Below, piece after piece: positions 45,705 to 54,868 of a stretch of 64,000 bases of DNA. A program made the translations under genes and the position numbers. Every line of letters starts with the position of its first letter. Position 1 is the first letter of the stretch. Below the pieces are notes generated by a model. That model saw only the letters and a list, made by a program, of their open reading frames with translations, was not told the origin of the DNA and did no database searches. The DNA comes from Gemmatimonadota bacterium (GTDB taxonomy: Bacteria > Gemmatimonadota > Gemmatimonadetes > Gemmatimonadales > GWC2-71-9): NCBI GenBank assembly GCA_039933845.1, contig JBDTNH010000004.1:259-64258 (forward strand), read 5' to 3'.

Positions 45705-48613
45705 GGTTTCCGCCCGCTCAGGGTATCCTCGATGGGGCGCTCGCCGCTCAAGCGGGTGATGGCCTCGCGGACTGCGTCGGCCACCGGTTGGTAGGCTGAG
45801 TCTGGGTGATCCCAAAGGCTCAGGAATCGCTGATAATGGACCCGTGCGGAATCGGCTTGCCCGGCGGCCTCAAAGATCGAGCCCAGGGCTCGCTCGCGGG
45901 CAGTAAAGAGTTCCAGCGAGTTGGGGAACCCCCATCGTAGGCGAGTAAGGGCGGCGGTGCGGTGGCTCGGGATTCTTGCCTCAAGCAGCGCGTACCGAAT
46001 CTGGAAGGGCGCGGTGAAGGTGGCGAACCCGAGTGAGCTGCCGATCAATTGGATCCCGCTGTCTGCCAAGACCAGCGCGCGGGCGGTGTCCCCCTTGGCC
46101 GCCGCCGCGAGCCCGATGATCCCGACCAGAGTGCCACGAATGGGCCGCTGCAGGGTGTCCGGGTTGCCGAGCAGGACTCGGGCAATCGCCTCGGCCTCGT
46201 CCGGCCTGCCCATTTCGACTGCCAGGAGGGCGCGCCACGTGCCCAGGTACGAATTCGGATTCCGGGCATTTGCGATGGCGAATCCCGAGTCAATTTGCGC
46301 GAGTCGGCGTGCGGTCTCGAATCCGGAGAGCATCGGCAGCAGGGGGATGTAGCCGGCCGCTTCTCCGAGGCCTGCTCCCTCGCGCTGAATGTATGCGCGC
46401 GCGCTATCGATTCGGGCCGTCGAGGCGGAGATCAGCCCCACGATGAGGTCCATCTGCGGGCCGAAGGCCTGTCCATCCATGGTGCGTGCGAGGCCGCGCA
46501 GGAGCTGGATGAGGCGGGTGCCGCTGATGGAATCAGCGGTGAGCTTCGAGGTCAAGGTAGCAAAGGCCATCCCACTGCCGATGGCGTCACCAAACATCGC
46601 CGCGATCGCGCTGTCGGACCCCGCCATCGCCTGACGGACCAGGCGGACTCGCTCCAGCTCCGCCGTGGCATTCGCAGCCCGGAAGACCGACTCGTATCGC
46701 CCGATCAGCCCGGTGTCGTGCTGAATGATGGCGAGTTCGAGCGGGTGGATCGCCGCCTGGGTCAGCGTCGAATCGATCCCGAGGACGCGGTCGAATGGGG
46801 CGCGGAGTTGGTCGGGCGGCAGCGGCCGATAGGACCGCCCGTGAAACTGCGCTTCACCGAGGAGATACCAGCCGTCGGCATCATCGGGATGCGCGCGAGT
46901 GTAGGAGGCGGCAGAGTCTATCGCCGAATTCTCGGCACGATTGAACAAGTCCGACGCGTAGAGCAGTGACCGGAGTCGAGGCGGAAGCGAATCCGAGTAC
47001 CTGACCGCATTGGCGGAGGCGGCGCGGGCGATCGGGCCTTGGTACGCTCCCTTCCATCCCAAGGTATTGGCGAGCTTGTACCAGGCCAGCGCGAAGGTGG
47101 AGTCCTCGCGCACCGATTCCTCGAAGGCAGATTGTGCACTGTCCCATTCGCCGCGGCGGTGATACCGCTCCCCTTGCAGGTACGCCCGGATGGCCGGGAC
47201 CGAGTGCGAACGGATGCCCGACGCGTTGGCCGACGGCAGCGGCTCCCGGGAACGCCAGATGTCGCGAAGCAGCGAGAGCGCCAATGTGTTGGAGAGCGTC
47301 AGCACCGAATCGGCGGGACCGTCGACCGACGCGCGTGAAAGTTCCTTGCCATTCAGGTCATAGAGCTGGGCGCTGAGGCGGGCGGTTCCACCGGTGGTGA
47401 TCACGCTTCCCATCAGGACCGAGGCCGCCTTCGTGCTCCGTGCCACCGCGAGCGCATCCTGGAGATCACCAGCGCCCCCATCCACCTGGCGGTGCCACTC
47501 CCGGATCACGCTGCGCGGCTCGATCGTCTCGATGTCGCCGACCCCGCTCAGGGAGCCCGCGAGCAGGTCAACCATTCCCTCGCCGATTCCCTCGAGACCT
47601 GGGCCCGTCGTGGCGAACGGGACGATCGCAATCGATTCTGCCCCCGAGATGACCGTGCGCGGGGGACCGGCAAAGAATACTCCCCAGATCACGGCAGCGG
47701 CCGTCACGGCGACGGGCAGGATGATGGCAAGTCGCTTCCACCGGCGGCTTTCACGCGTGGCCGCGGCGACGCCTGAGCTCTCCTGCGTCACCGCACGCGC
47801 GAAATCGGTGATGTTCGCGAACCGGTCTTCCGGATCGGTCGACATCGCGCGCTTGGTCGCGTTATCCACCTCGGCCGGGATGCCATCAACCACGCTCGAG
47901 AGCAGCGGTCGCGGCGCGGTGAGGATCGCCGTCAGCATGGCCTGCATCGTGGGGCCGGCAAACGCCTGCCGTCCGGTGACCAGCTCGAAGAAGACGCACG
48001 CGAGCGCATATTGGTCGCTCCGAGCATCGACCTCGTCGGCGGTCGCCTGTTCGGGGCTCATGTAGGCCGGGGTCCCGATCGCCATGCCCGAGCCGGTGAG
48101 GTTGCTCTCGGAGCGAGACGCGTCGACGGCTCGTGCGATCCCGAAATCGGCGACCACGGCATGACCGCCGGAGAGCATGATGTTCTCCGGCTTGATGTCC
48201 CGGTGCACGATACCATGGGCGTGGGCGTGCGCCAGTCCACTGGCTGCTTCCTGGATGATCACGGCGGCTCGCGGCAGCGCGATCCTGCCCTCGCGCTGCA
48301 TCAGGTCACGCAGCGATTCGCCCTCGATGAAGGGCATGACATAATAGAGGATGCCGTTGGCAGATCCCGAATCGTAGACGGGGACGATGTGTGGGTGCTG
48401 GAGCTTCGCGGCGAGCTCAATCTCGCGAAGAAAGCGTTCCCCACCGAGGGACGCGGCGAGCTCAGGGCGGAGCACCTTGATGGCGACTTGGCGATGGTGC
48501 TTCAAGTCTTCGGCGAGATACACGGTCGCCATGCCGCCTTGGCCGACCTGACGGTCGAGCGCATACTGGTCCTTCAGTGCATCGGCGAGTCGCTCCAGCA
48601 TCCTGTCGGTCAT
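45701..48613 (-). CDS. membrane Ser/Thr protein kinase with a large TPR-like C-terminal region
   Basis: GQGGMATVY, VAIKVL, HRDIKPENIM, DFGIAR, YMSPEQ. One TM helix (LAIILPVAVTAAAVIWGVFFA). About 640 aa of helical repeats. Confidence 0.9.
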   Translation of the reverse strand: MTDRMLERLADALKDQYALDRQVGQGGMATVYLAEDLKHHRQVAIKVLRPELAASLGGERFLREIELAAKLQHPHIVPVYDSGSANGILYYVMPFIEGESLRDLMQREGRIALPRAAVIIQEAASGLAHAHAHGIVHRDIKPENIMLSGGHAVVADFGIARAVDASRSESNLTGSGMAIGTPAYMSPEQATADEVDARSDQYALACVFFELVTGRQAFAGPTMQAMLTAILTAPRPLLSSVVDGIPAEVDNATKRAMSTDPEDRFANITDFARAVTQESSGVAAATRESRRWKRLAIILPVAVTAAAVIWGVFFAGPPRTVISGAESIAIVPFATTGPGLEGIGEGMVDLLAGSLSGVGDIETIEPRSVIREWHRQVDGGAGDLQDALAVARSTKAASVLMGSVITTGGTARLSAQLYDLNGKELSRASVDGPADSVLTLSNTLALSLLRDIWRSREPLPSANASGIRSHSVPAIRAYLQGERYHRRGEWDSAQSAFEESVREDSTFALAWYKLANTLGWKGAYQGPIARAASANAVRYSDSLPPRLRSLLYASDLFNRAENSAIDSAASYTRAHPDDADGWYLLGEAQFHGRSYRPLPPDQLRAPFDRVLGIDSTLTQAAIHPLELAIIQHDTGLIGRYESVFRAANATAELERVRLVRQAMAGSDSAIAAMFGDAIGSGMAFATLTSKLTADSISGTRLIQLLRGLARTMDGQAFGPQMDLIVGLISASTARIDSARAYIQREGAGLGEAAGYIPLLPMLSGFETARRLAQIDSGFAIANARNPNSYLGTWRALLAVEMGRPDEAEAIARVLLGNPDTLQRPIRGTLVGIIGLAAAAKGDTARALVLADSGIQLIGSSLGFATFTAPFQIRYALLEARIPSHRTAALTRLRWGFPNSLELFTARERALGSIFEAAGQADSARVHYQRFLSLWDHPDSAYQPVADAVREAITRLSGERPIEDTLSGRKP

Positions 48614-48721
48614 GGGCCGCCCGTCGAGAGGAGGATTGTTGGAATCTAGTGGGCTGGCACGGGGATGAGGAGCCGATAAGTTTCCTGTGGACCCCGTCCT
48701 TCATGAACCAGAGGCACGACC

Positions 48722-49858
48722 GTGGCCAGTGCATTTCGTGTGACCGACATCCGCGTTGGCCATTCTGCCGATGGCTCGCACGAACTCAGCGCAGATCTCG
48801 GCGGGGAACGTGTCTGGTTCCGCGTCCCCGAGGACCGCGCGCTCGACTTCCGCGGTGATGCGCTCGCGGTGGCTGGCCTGTTGCCCGCGATGCTGCGGGG
48901 GACAGCGCTGGAAGTCGATGCTGAGGCCCCCATTTGTCCAATCCTCCTCGGAAACCTTCACGCCCTCCAACATGTCTTTCAGCTGTGGGGACCCGCCTTT
49001 GGTCTGGTCCTCAAGGTCATCCCGATCCGCGTTGCGACGTCCCCCGCTCCGCCCGGGCGGGAGATCGGCGCGTTCTTCTCGGGCGGGGTGGATGGCACCC
49101 ATACCCTGCTTGAAGCTCCCGAGCCCCCAGAGGTCGCCGCGATGGTGCGAGGGGTGGATTTCCAGCTCGACAATCCCGTGTACGACGAGAGCCTGGCTCG
49201 AAACCGGGCGTGGCTCGCACCCCGCGGCATCGCATTGATCCCTATGAGCAGTAATCTTCGCTGGGTTGCGCGATCCCATGGACTCGGCTGGGGCGCCTAC
49301 TTCGGAGCAGGGCTCGCGGCCTTCGCGCACGTATACGGATTTCGCAAGACCTGGATCGCTGGCGGCCACAGTTGGAAACATCTGCTGGTGGAAGGGTCGC
49401 ATCCGTGCACGGACCATCTGTGGTCAAGCGAGACCCGCACCATCCAGCATCACGGGCGCGACAGCTTGCGCTGGGAGAAGCTCGAGCGAATTGCCAAGGA
49501 ACCGGGGGCGCTTGAAATCCTTCGGGTCTGCTGGCAAGACAACGGGTTTAATTGCGGCAAGTGCGAGAAGTGCCTCCGGACGATGGTGACACTCAGATTG
49601 CTCGGCCTCACATCGGCGAACTTTCCGCCGCTCGATGACCTGCGGCTTGTCGCGCGATTCAAACCGGCCGATGAGAGCGAGGCGATCTTCATCGAGGAAG
49701 CGATCGCGCTCGGGATTCAACGTCGTGACGCAGCTGTTGTAGGGGCTCTACAGTCCTCGCTTCGACGATACCGACTGCGCGGACTTGCCCGTGATGCCGA
49801 CACTCTCCTGCTGGGAGGCCTCCTCAACCGAGCACGCAATTCACTGAAACGGGGGTAG
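48722..49858 (+). CDS. QueC/ExsB-like PP-loop superfamily protein, paralog 1 (uncharacterised)
   Basis: FFSGGVDG at 49079-49096 and Cys cluster CWQDNGFNCGKCEKC at 49529-49573. Aligns over its full length with the two following ORFs. GTG start with AGAGG upstream. Confidence 0.7.
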   Translation: MASAFRVTDIRVGHSADGSHELSADLGGERVWFRVPEDRALDFRGDALAVAGLLPAMLRGTALEVDAEAPICPILLGNLHALQHVFQLWGPAFGLVLKVIPIRVATSPAPPGREIGAFFSGGVDGTHTLLEAPEPPEVAAMVRGVDFQLDNPVYDESLARNRAWLAPRGIALIPMSSNLRWVARSHGLGWGAYFGAGLAAFAHVYGFRKTWIAGGHSWKHLLVEGSHPCTDHLWSSETRTIQHHGRDSLRWEKLERIAKEPGALEILRVCWQDNGFNCGKCEKCLRTMVTLRLLGLTSANFPPLDDLRLVARFKPADESEAIFIEEAIALGIQRRDAAVVGALQSSLRRYRLRGLARDADTLLLGGLLNRARNSLKRG

Positions 49859-49859
49859 G

Positions 49860-51029
49860 ATGACCAGTCGAACCACGCCGTACCGCCTCCAGAAGTTCGT
49901 GGTGACCGAAGGGCCGAAAGGTCACCGCGTCAGCGCGGCGCTCGACGGGAGCGAAGTCTGGTTCGAGAGCGAGGGATTTGGGGCACCACACGAAGCAGGA
50001 AACGCCTTCCTCTCCGTCGCGCTCCTTGCCGCGATGGCGGAGGGTCGTGATCTCGACATGTCCGACTTGCCACCGGTCTCCCCGAAGCTCCTCGACGCCG
50101 TGCCCACCGTGCAGGCGATCTGGACCCAATGGAATCCGCGCCTGTCGGCCATCGAGGTCCGCGCCAACCGATCCCAGCACGCCGAACCAGGCACGGGCGA
50201 GAGCCTCTTCTTCTCAGGCGGCATTGACGCGACGCACAGCGCGCTTGAGGGAACGCCGGGGCGGCAACTTGTTTTTGTTTCAGGCTTTGACCACGCGGTC
50301 GACCGCGAAATCGTTCCGACCACCACCGCCCGACTCGCGCGACTCGCTCAGCAGCTCGGATCGTCCCTGACCATGGTCGAGAGCAATTGGGTCGAGTGGC
50401 GACGTGATCGCCGGCTCTCGGGTGCGCTGATGCACGGAGGTTGCCTGACTGCTGTGGCCCACCTGCTCGGCCACGGCCACATCACGATCTCTTCGTCGAA
50501 CTCGTTCAAGCGCCTGACACCGTGGGGTACGCATCCTCTGGTGGATCCGCTCTGGTCTTCGGAACGCACCACGATCCACCACTGGGGCAATGACTGCAGC
50601 CGAGCGGAAAAGATCGCGCGTGTTGTCCGAGAGCCGGCGCTTCACGCCGATCTCTGGGTCTGCCACGAGCGCCAGATTGGCAACTGTGGTCACTGCGCCA
50701 AGTGCGCGCGGACCCGCTTGGCGTTCCATCTGCTGGGGAGTGAACTGCCGACCGAGGGGGGCACGACGCTCAGCGACCCTGTAACGGCGTACCTGCCACA
50801 CCTCAAGAGCGGTTCCGAACACGTCTACATCGAGGAAATGCAGGTGCTGGCGCGCGCCGCGGGGCATGATCAGGCGCTCCACCTGCTCGAGCGCGGAGCG
50901 CGACGGCTCGCGCGACGCCACCTGCTGCGCGACCTCCGAAATGCCGCCTTCACCGGTTCCGCACAACGCCGCATGGCGACGACCGATCTGCAGCCCTGGG
51001 GCTACGGCCCCGCGCCGAGGTCACTGTGA
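49860..51029 (+). CDS. QueC/ExsB-like PP-loop superfamily protein, paralog 2 (uncharacterised)
   Basis: FFSGGIDA (SGGIDA at 50214-50231) and CHERQIGNCGHCAKC. ATG lies 1 nt after the paralog 1 stop. Confidence 0.7.
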   Translation: MTSRTTPYRLQKFVVTEGPKGHRVSAALDGSEVWFESEGFGAPHEAGNAFLSVALLAAMAEGRDLDMSDLPPVSPKLLDAVPTVQAIWTQWNPRLSAIEVRANRSQHAEPGTGESLFFSGGIDATHSALEGTPGRQLVFVSGFDHAVDREIVPTTTARLARLAQQLGSSLTMVESNWVEWRRDRRLSGALMHGGCLTAVAHLLGHGHITISSSNSFKRLTPWGTHPLVDPLWSSERTTIHHWGNDCSRAEKIARVVREPALHADLWVCHERQIGNCGHCAKCARTRLAFHLLGSELPTEGGTTLSDPVTAYLPHLKSGSEHVYIEEMQVLARAAGHDQALHLLERGARRLARRHLLRDLRNAAFTGSAQRRMATTDLQPWGYGPAPRSL

Positions 51030-52147
51030 CGCTTCGAATCACGGAGCCCCGACGGACGCCGCGCGCGGACGGACTCGTCCGGCACTCGGCCCAGGTGGAT
51101 GGCCAGGAGCTCTGGTTCGACGTACCATCCGACCGCTCGGGAGAGCTCCGCGGCGAGGCGTTCCTGGCCTGCGTGATCATTCCAGCCATGGCCAGGAATT
51201 CTGCCGTCGAGGTCGATCCGGCGCTCCCGATTTGCCCCGACTTCCTCGCCGGATTGCTGGCGTACATGCAAGTGGTCCGCTTCTGGTCCGACGAAATTGG
51301 GCACCGGCTCTGCCCGGTCCCGATCCGCGCCGAGACCGAGCCTCCCTCCCCGGGCATCGGCACGCTGTCCTTCTTCTCGGGTGGGGTCGACGGGCTCTAC
51401 ACCCTGCTCGAAGAACGACCCCGGATCACCGAAACGGTGTTCTGCCACGGGGTCGATTTCCAACTCGGCAGTGCGCTCGCCGCCCAAGCCACGAGCCGAA
51501 ACCGCGCGTGGCTGGCCGATCACGACCTCCCGCTGCTCGAGATGGCATCCAATGCGCGCTTCGTCGGCCACCACCTTGGCATCGGATGGAATGCGCACAA
51601 TGGTGCCTGCCTTGCCGGCTACGGTCATGCCCTCGGGGCTCGGGAGATCTTGATCGCGTCGGGCCACGCCTGGAGCGACTTTCTGGGGGGGGGAACTCAC
51701 GTACTCAGCGACCCGCTGTTGTCCTCGGCCGCGACACGCGTTCACCATCACGGATTCGGCCCGATGCGATGGCAGAAGCTCCTCCGGGTCCTCGCCGAAC
51801 CTGGGGTGGACGAGCTGCTTCGGGTCTGCTGGCAGGACAAGGACTACAACTGTGGCGAATGTGAAAAGTGCCGCCGCACCATGCTGGACCTGCACCTCCT
51901 GGGGGTGACGTCACCCGCCTTCCCCTCGACGGCGCGCCTGACGGATGTCATCCCAAGTCGAGTGCACGACTGGGAGTCCGCCTGCTACATGCGTCAGACG
52001 CTCTGCCTCGCCCAGCACGTCGGGCGCCGCGACGCAGAAGCGGTGGTGCAGTCCCGTCTCCGAGACTGGGACCGACGCCAATGGCTGCGTCGAGCCGACA
52101 CGGCCTTCCTCGGCGGCGCCCTCCGCCGGTTGAAGCAACGTCGTTAA
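51026..52147 (+). CDS. QueC/ExsB-like PP-loop superfamily protein, paralog 3 (uncharacterised)
   Basis: FFSGGVDG (SGGVDG at 51377-51394) and CWQDKDYNCGECEKC. GTGA overlap with the paralog 2 stop. Confidence 0.7.
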   Translation: MTLRITEPRRTPRADGLVRHSAQVDGQELWFDVPSDRSGELRGEAFLACVIIPAMARNSAVEVDPALPICPDFLAGLLAYMQVVRFWSDEIGHRLCPVPIRAETEPPSPGIGTLSFFSGGVDGLYTLLEERPRITETVFCHGVDFQLGSALAAQATSRNRAWLADHDLPLLEMASNARFVGHHLGIGWNAHNGACLAGYGHALGAREILIASGHAWSDFLGGGTHVLSDPLLSSAATRVHHHGFGPMRWQKLLRVLAEPGVDELLRVCWQDKDYNCGECEKCRRTMLDLHLLGVTSPAFPSTARLTDVIPSRVHDWESACYMRQTLCLAQHVGRRDAEAVVQSRLRDWDRRQWLRRADTAFLGGALRRLKQRR

Positions 52148-52184
52148 CGGTTGTTGGACGGTGCCGCTCAAGGCGCCAGCAGCC

Positions 52185-53573
52185 TCACCCGAACCACGCC
52201 TGTCCCTCCTGCACCAACAACCAGGCGTTGAGCACCGCGATGATCAGTGCCACCGTCCAGGCGAAGAACTTCGTGACGGGTTGGTTCGCAAAACTCCCCA
52301 TCTTGGCCTTGGACGAGGTGAACAGCACCAACGGGATCACGGCGAAGGAGAGCTGAAGGGAGAGAATCACCTGGCTCAGGATCAGAAGCGAGCCCGTCCC
52401 TCGTTCGCCGTACATCGCCGTCACGATCACGGCCGGAATGATGGCGATCAACCGGGTGATGAGTCGACGGAGCCAGGGCGGCAACCGGATGTCGAGGAAG
52501 CCTTCCATGACAATCTGCCCCGCGAGCGTGCCGGTGATGGTGGAGTTCTGTCCCGACGCCAGCAGCGCCACCGCGAAGAGCACACTCGCGAACACACTGC
52601 CGAGCAGGGGAGTCAGCAGGGCGTGGGCATCATGAATGTCGGCCACCGACTCGTAGCCGGTGCCGTGAAAGGTCGCCGCCGAGAGGATCAGGATCGCCGC
52701 ATTGATCAGGAAGGCGAAGCAGAGTGCCAGGGTGGAGTCGATGGTCGCCCACCGAAGAGTCTCGCGCTTGTCGGTGTCCTCGCTGCCGATGTAGCGCACC
52801 TGCACAATCGCCGAGTGCAGGTACAGGTTGTGTGGCATCACCGTGGCACCAAGAATCCCGAGCGCGATGTACAACATCAACGGGTTGGTCACGATCTGGG
52901 TGGTCGGGACGAGTCCCTGCATCAGCGGAGCGATCTCGGGACGCGCCAACACCATCTCCACGGCGAACGCCCCGCCAATCACGGCGATCATCGCGATGAC
53001 GAATGCCTCGAGGTAGCGGAACCCCTTCGCCTGCAGCAGCAGGATGAGCAACACATCCGCCGCGGTGAGCAGCACGCCGTAGAGCAGCGGAATCCCGAAG
53101 AGCAGGTTCAGCGCAATCGCCGAGCCGATCACCTCGGCGAGATCACACGCCGCGATCGCGATTTCGCACAGGATCCAGAGAACGAAGGACACCGGACGGG
53201 AGTAGTGGTCACGACATGCTTGGGCCAAGTCGCGCCCGGTCACAACGCCAAGCTTGACCGCCAGTGCCTGGAGCAGCATCGCCATCAGGTTCGAGATCAG
53301 GATCACGCTGAGCAGGGTGTACCCGAACTGCGCCCCTCCCGCAATATCCGTTGCCCAATTGCCGGGGTCCATGTAGCCGACGGCGACCATGTAGCCGGGG
53401 CCCGCAAAAGCGAGCAACTTGCGCCACCATGGCCCACCCCGCGGAATCACGACCGAGCGGAACGCTTCGGGAAGCGATGGATGCCGGCGCGGGTGGCGCC
53501 ATCCGGCATCGGAGACGCCGTCAATCGACCCTGGGACCGAGGCGGTTCGGGGAGAGGCTTCTGGAGTGCTCAC
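52185..53573 (-). CDS. mntH: Nramp family divalent metal (Mn2+/Fe2+) transporter
   Basis: [20 protein letters not shown] (DPGN motif). About 11 helices. 462 aa. Confidence 0.9.
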   Translation of the reverse strand: MSTPEASPRTASVPGSIDGVSDAGWRHPRRHPSLPEAFRSVVIPRGGPWWRKLLAFAGPGYMVAVGYMDPGNWATDIAGGAQFGYTLLSVILISNLMAMLLQALAVKLGVVTGRDLAQACRDHYSRPVSFVLWILCEIAIAACDLAEVIGSAIALNLLFGIPLLYGVLLTAADVLLILLLQAKGFRYLEAFVIAMIAVIGGAFAVEMVLARPEIAPLMQGLVPTTQIVTNPLMLYIALGILGATVMPHNLYLHSAIVQVRYIGSEDTDKRETLRWATIDSTLALCFAFLINAAILILSAATFHGTGYESVADIHDAHALLTPLLGSVFASVLFAVALLASGQNSTITGTLAGQIVMEGFLDIRLPPWLRRLITRLIAIIPAVIVTAMYGERGTGSLLILSQVILSLQLSFAVIPLVLFTSSKAKMGSFANQPVTKFFAWTVALIIAVLNAWLLVQEGQAWFG

Positions 53574-54253
53574 GCCGGCTCCCCCACGACACAGAGGACC
53601 AAAGTCGCGAGATCATGCCCGATCACTTGGTGGCTCGTCCCTCGGCGCAGTGCGATGGGGCCATCAAATGGCTGTCGTGACACCACCGTGATGGTGGTCC
53701 CCGGGATGAGACCCTCACTGGCCAGCCATCGCAGCCGATCACCATCGGCGGTGTCGACACGGGCAATCCGGACCACGGTCCCATTCGCAACGACGGTGAG
53801 TGGTGTCGTCTCCCTGGGAGTCAACGAACCATCGACGCCGGGAATCGGATCGCCGTGCGGATCGAAAGCGGGGTTGCCGAGCGCCTCGGCGAGACGTTCA
53901 ACGAGGTCATCGCTCACGGCATGCTCGAGACGCTCGGCCTCCGCGTGCACCGTGTCCCACGTGTAGCCGAGGCGCGCCACGAGGTAGGTCTCGATGAGTC
54001 GGTGGCGCCGAAGCACACGGAGCGCCTCGCGCCTCCCGCTCCGGGTCAAGGTCGCACCGCGGTATGGCTCGTGGACCACGAGTCCCTGTTCGGCCAGCCG
54101 TTTGAGCATCCCGCTCACTGAGGGTGCGGCCAGCGCGAGCGTCTCGGCCACCGCGTTCGTGGATGCCGGTTCGCCACCTTCAGAAAGGTGGTAGATCGCC
54201 TTGAGATAGTCCTCGACCGACCGGGTCAATTCAGGGCGCGGCTTTTTAGTCAT
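53570..54253 (-). CDS. mntR: DtxR/MntR family metal-dependent transcriptional regulator
   Basis: N-terminal w[16 protein letters not shown], dimerisation domain, and FeoA-like C-terminus. 4-nt overlap with mntH. Confidence 0.8.
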   Translation of the reverse strand: MTKKPRPELTRSVEDYLKAIYHLSEGGEPASTNAVAETLALAAPSVSGMLKRLAEQGLVVHEPYRGATLTRSGRREALRVLRRHRLIETYLVARLGYTWDTVHAEAERLEHAVSDDLVERLAEALGNPAFDPHGDPIPGVDGSLTPRETTPLTVVANGTVVRIARVDTADGDRLRWLASEGLIPGTTITVVSRQPFDGPIALRRGTSHQVIGHDLATLVLCVVGEPA

Positions 54254-54283
54254 GCCTAAAGATTTATGGTGGACGTGCGAATG

Positions 54284-54868
54284 TCAATCCGCCCTGTCTG
54301 CTACCTCTTTCCACCGCGCCACCACCGGCGTCACGATCCGCTCGGTCAGGCCCCACAGCAGGCCATGCACGAGTTGGTATCCCGCCACACGGCGCACGGT
54401 GCCGGCGATCTCGATTGACGCTGGGCGTCGAGCGTTTTCCGTGGCGAGGCTCTCGAGCGTCACCCAGTGGTACCCGGCAACCTCCCCATTGATCTGGAGG
54501 TTCGCCTCACGATCCAGCACAAAGAGGAACGGACGGACCAGCAGAGGAGGGAGGGAGGGTGTCGTGGGCGCCAGGTCGTCGAGTTGAATCGGCCGACTCA
54601 CAGTTCGCAGATCCAATCCGACCTCTTCGGCGGTTTCGCGAATGGCGGTGGTGAGCAGGCCATCGTCTCCTGGCTCGCGGCGACCACCAGGACAGGCGAG
54701 ATGTCCGGACCAAGGGTCACCCTGCCGTTCGGCCCGAACAATGAGCAGGAGCCGGTCGGGACCGGGGGCAAGGACAATCGCGACGGCGGCTTCGCGGCGC
54801 GTGGGGTCGACCACCTCACGCGGCTGGTGACGCGACAATGCGTCGTGGAGATCTGGCAGTCGGCTCAT
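54284..54868 (-). CDS. NUDIX hydrolase, CoA pyrophosphatase-like
   Basis: Nudix box GGRREPGDDGLLTTAIRETAEEVGL, preceded by LLIVRAERQGDPWSGHLACPGG. ATGA overlap with the upstream gene. Confidence 0.75.
   Translation of the reverse strand: MSRLPDLHDALSRHQPREVVDPTRREAAVAIVLAPGPDRLLLIVRAERQGDPWSGHLACPGGRREPGDDGLLTTAIRETAEEVGLDLRTVSRPIQLDDLAPTTPSLPPLLVRPFLFVLDREANLQINGEVAGYHWVTLESLATENARRPASIEIAGTVRRVAGYQLVHGLLWGLTERIVTPVVARWKEVADRAD

Noticed and set aside
52161-53966. 601-aa plus-strand ORF (similar cases: 5941..7326, 7083..8606, 41661..42989, 59505..60734, 25471..26532)
   Set aside because: Each lies antisense to a gene with clear family motifs (MntH, L,D-transpeptidase, M48 protease, NadE, MTase, YpfJ). 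All are shadow ORFs.
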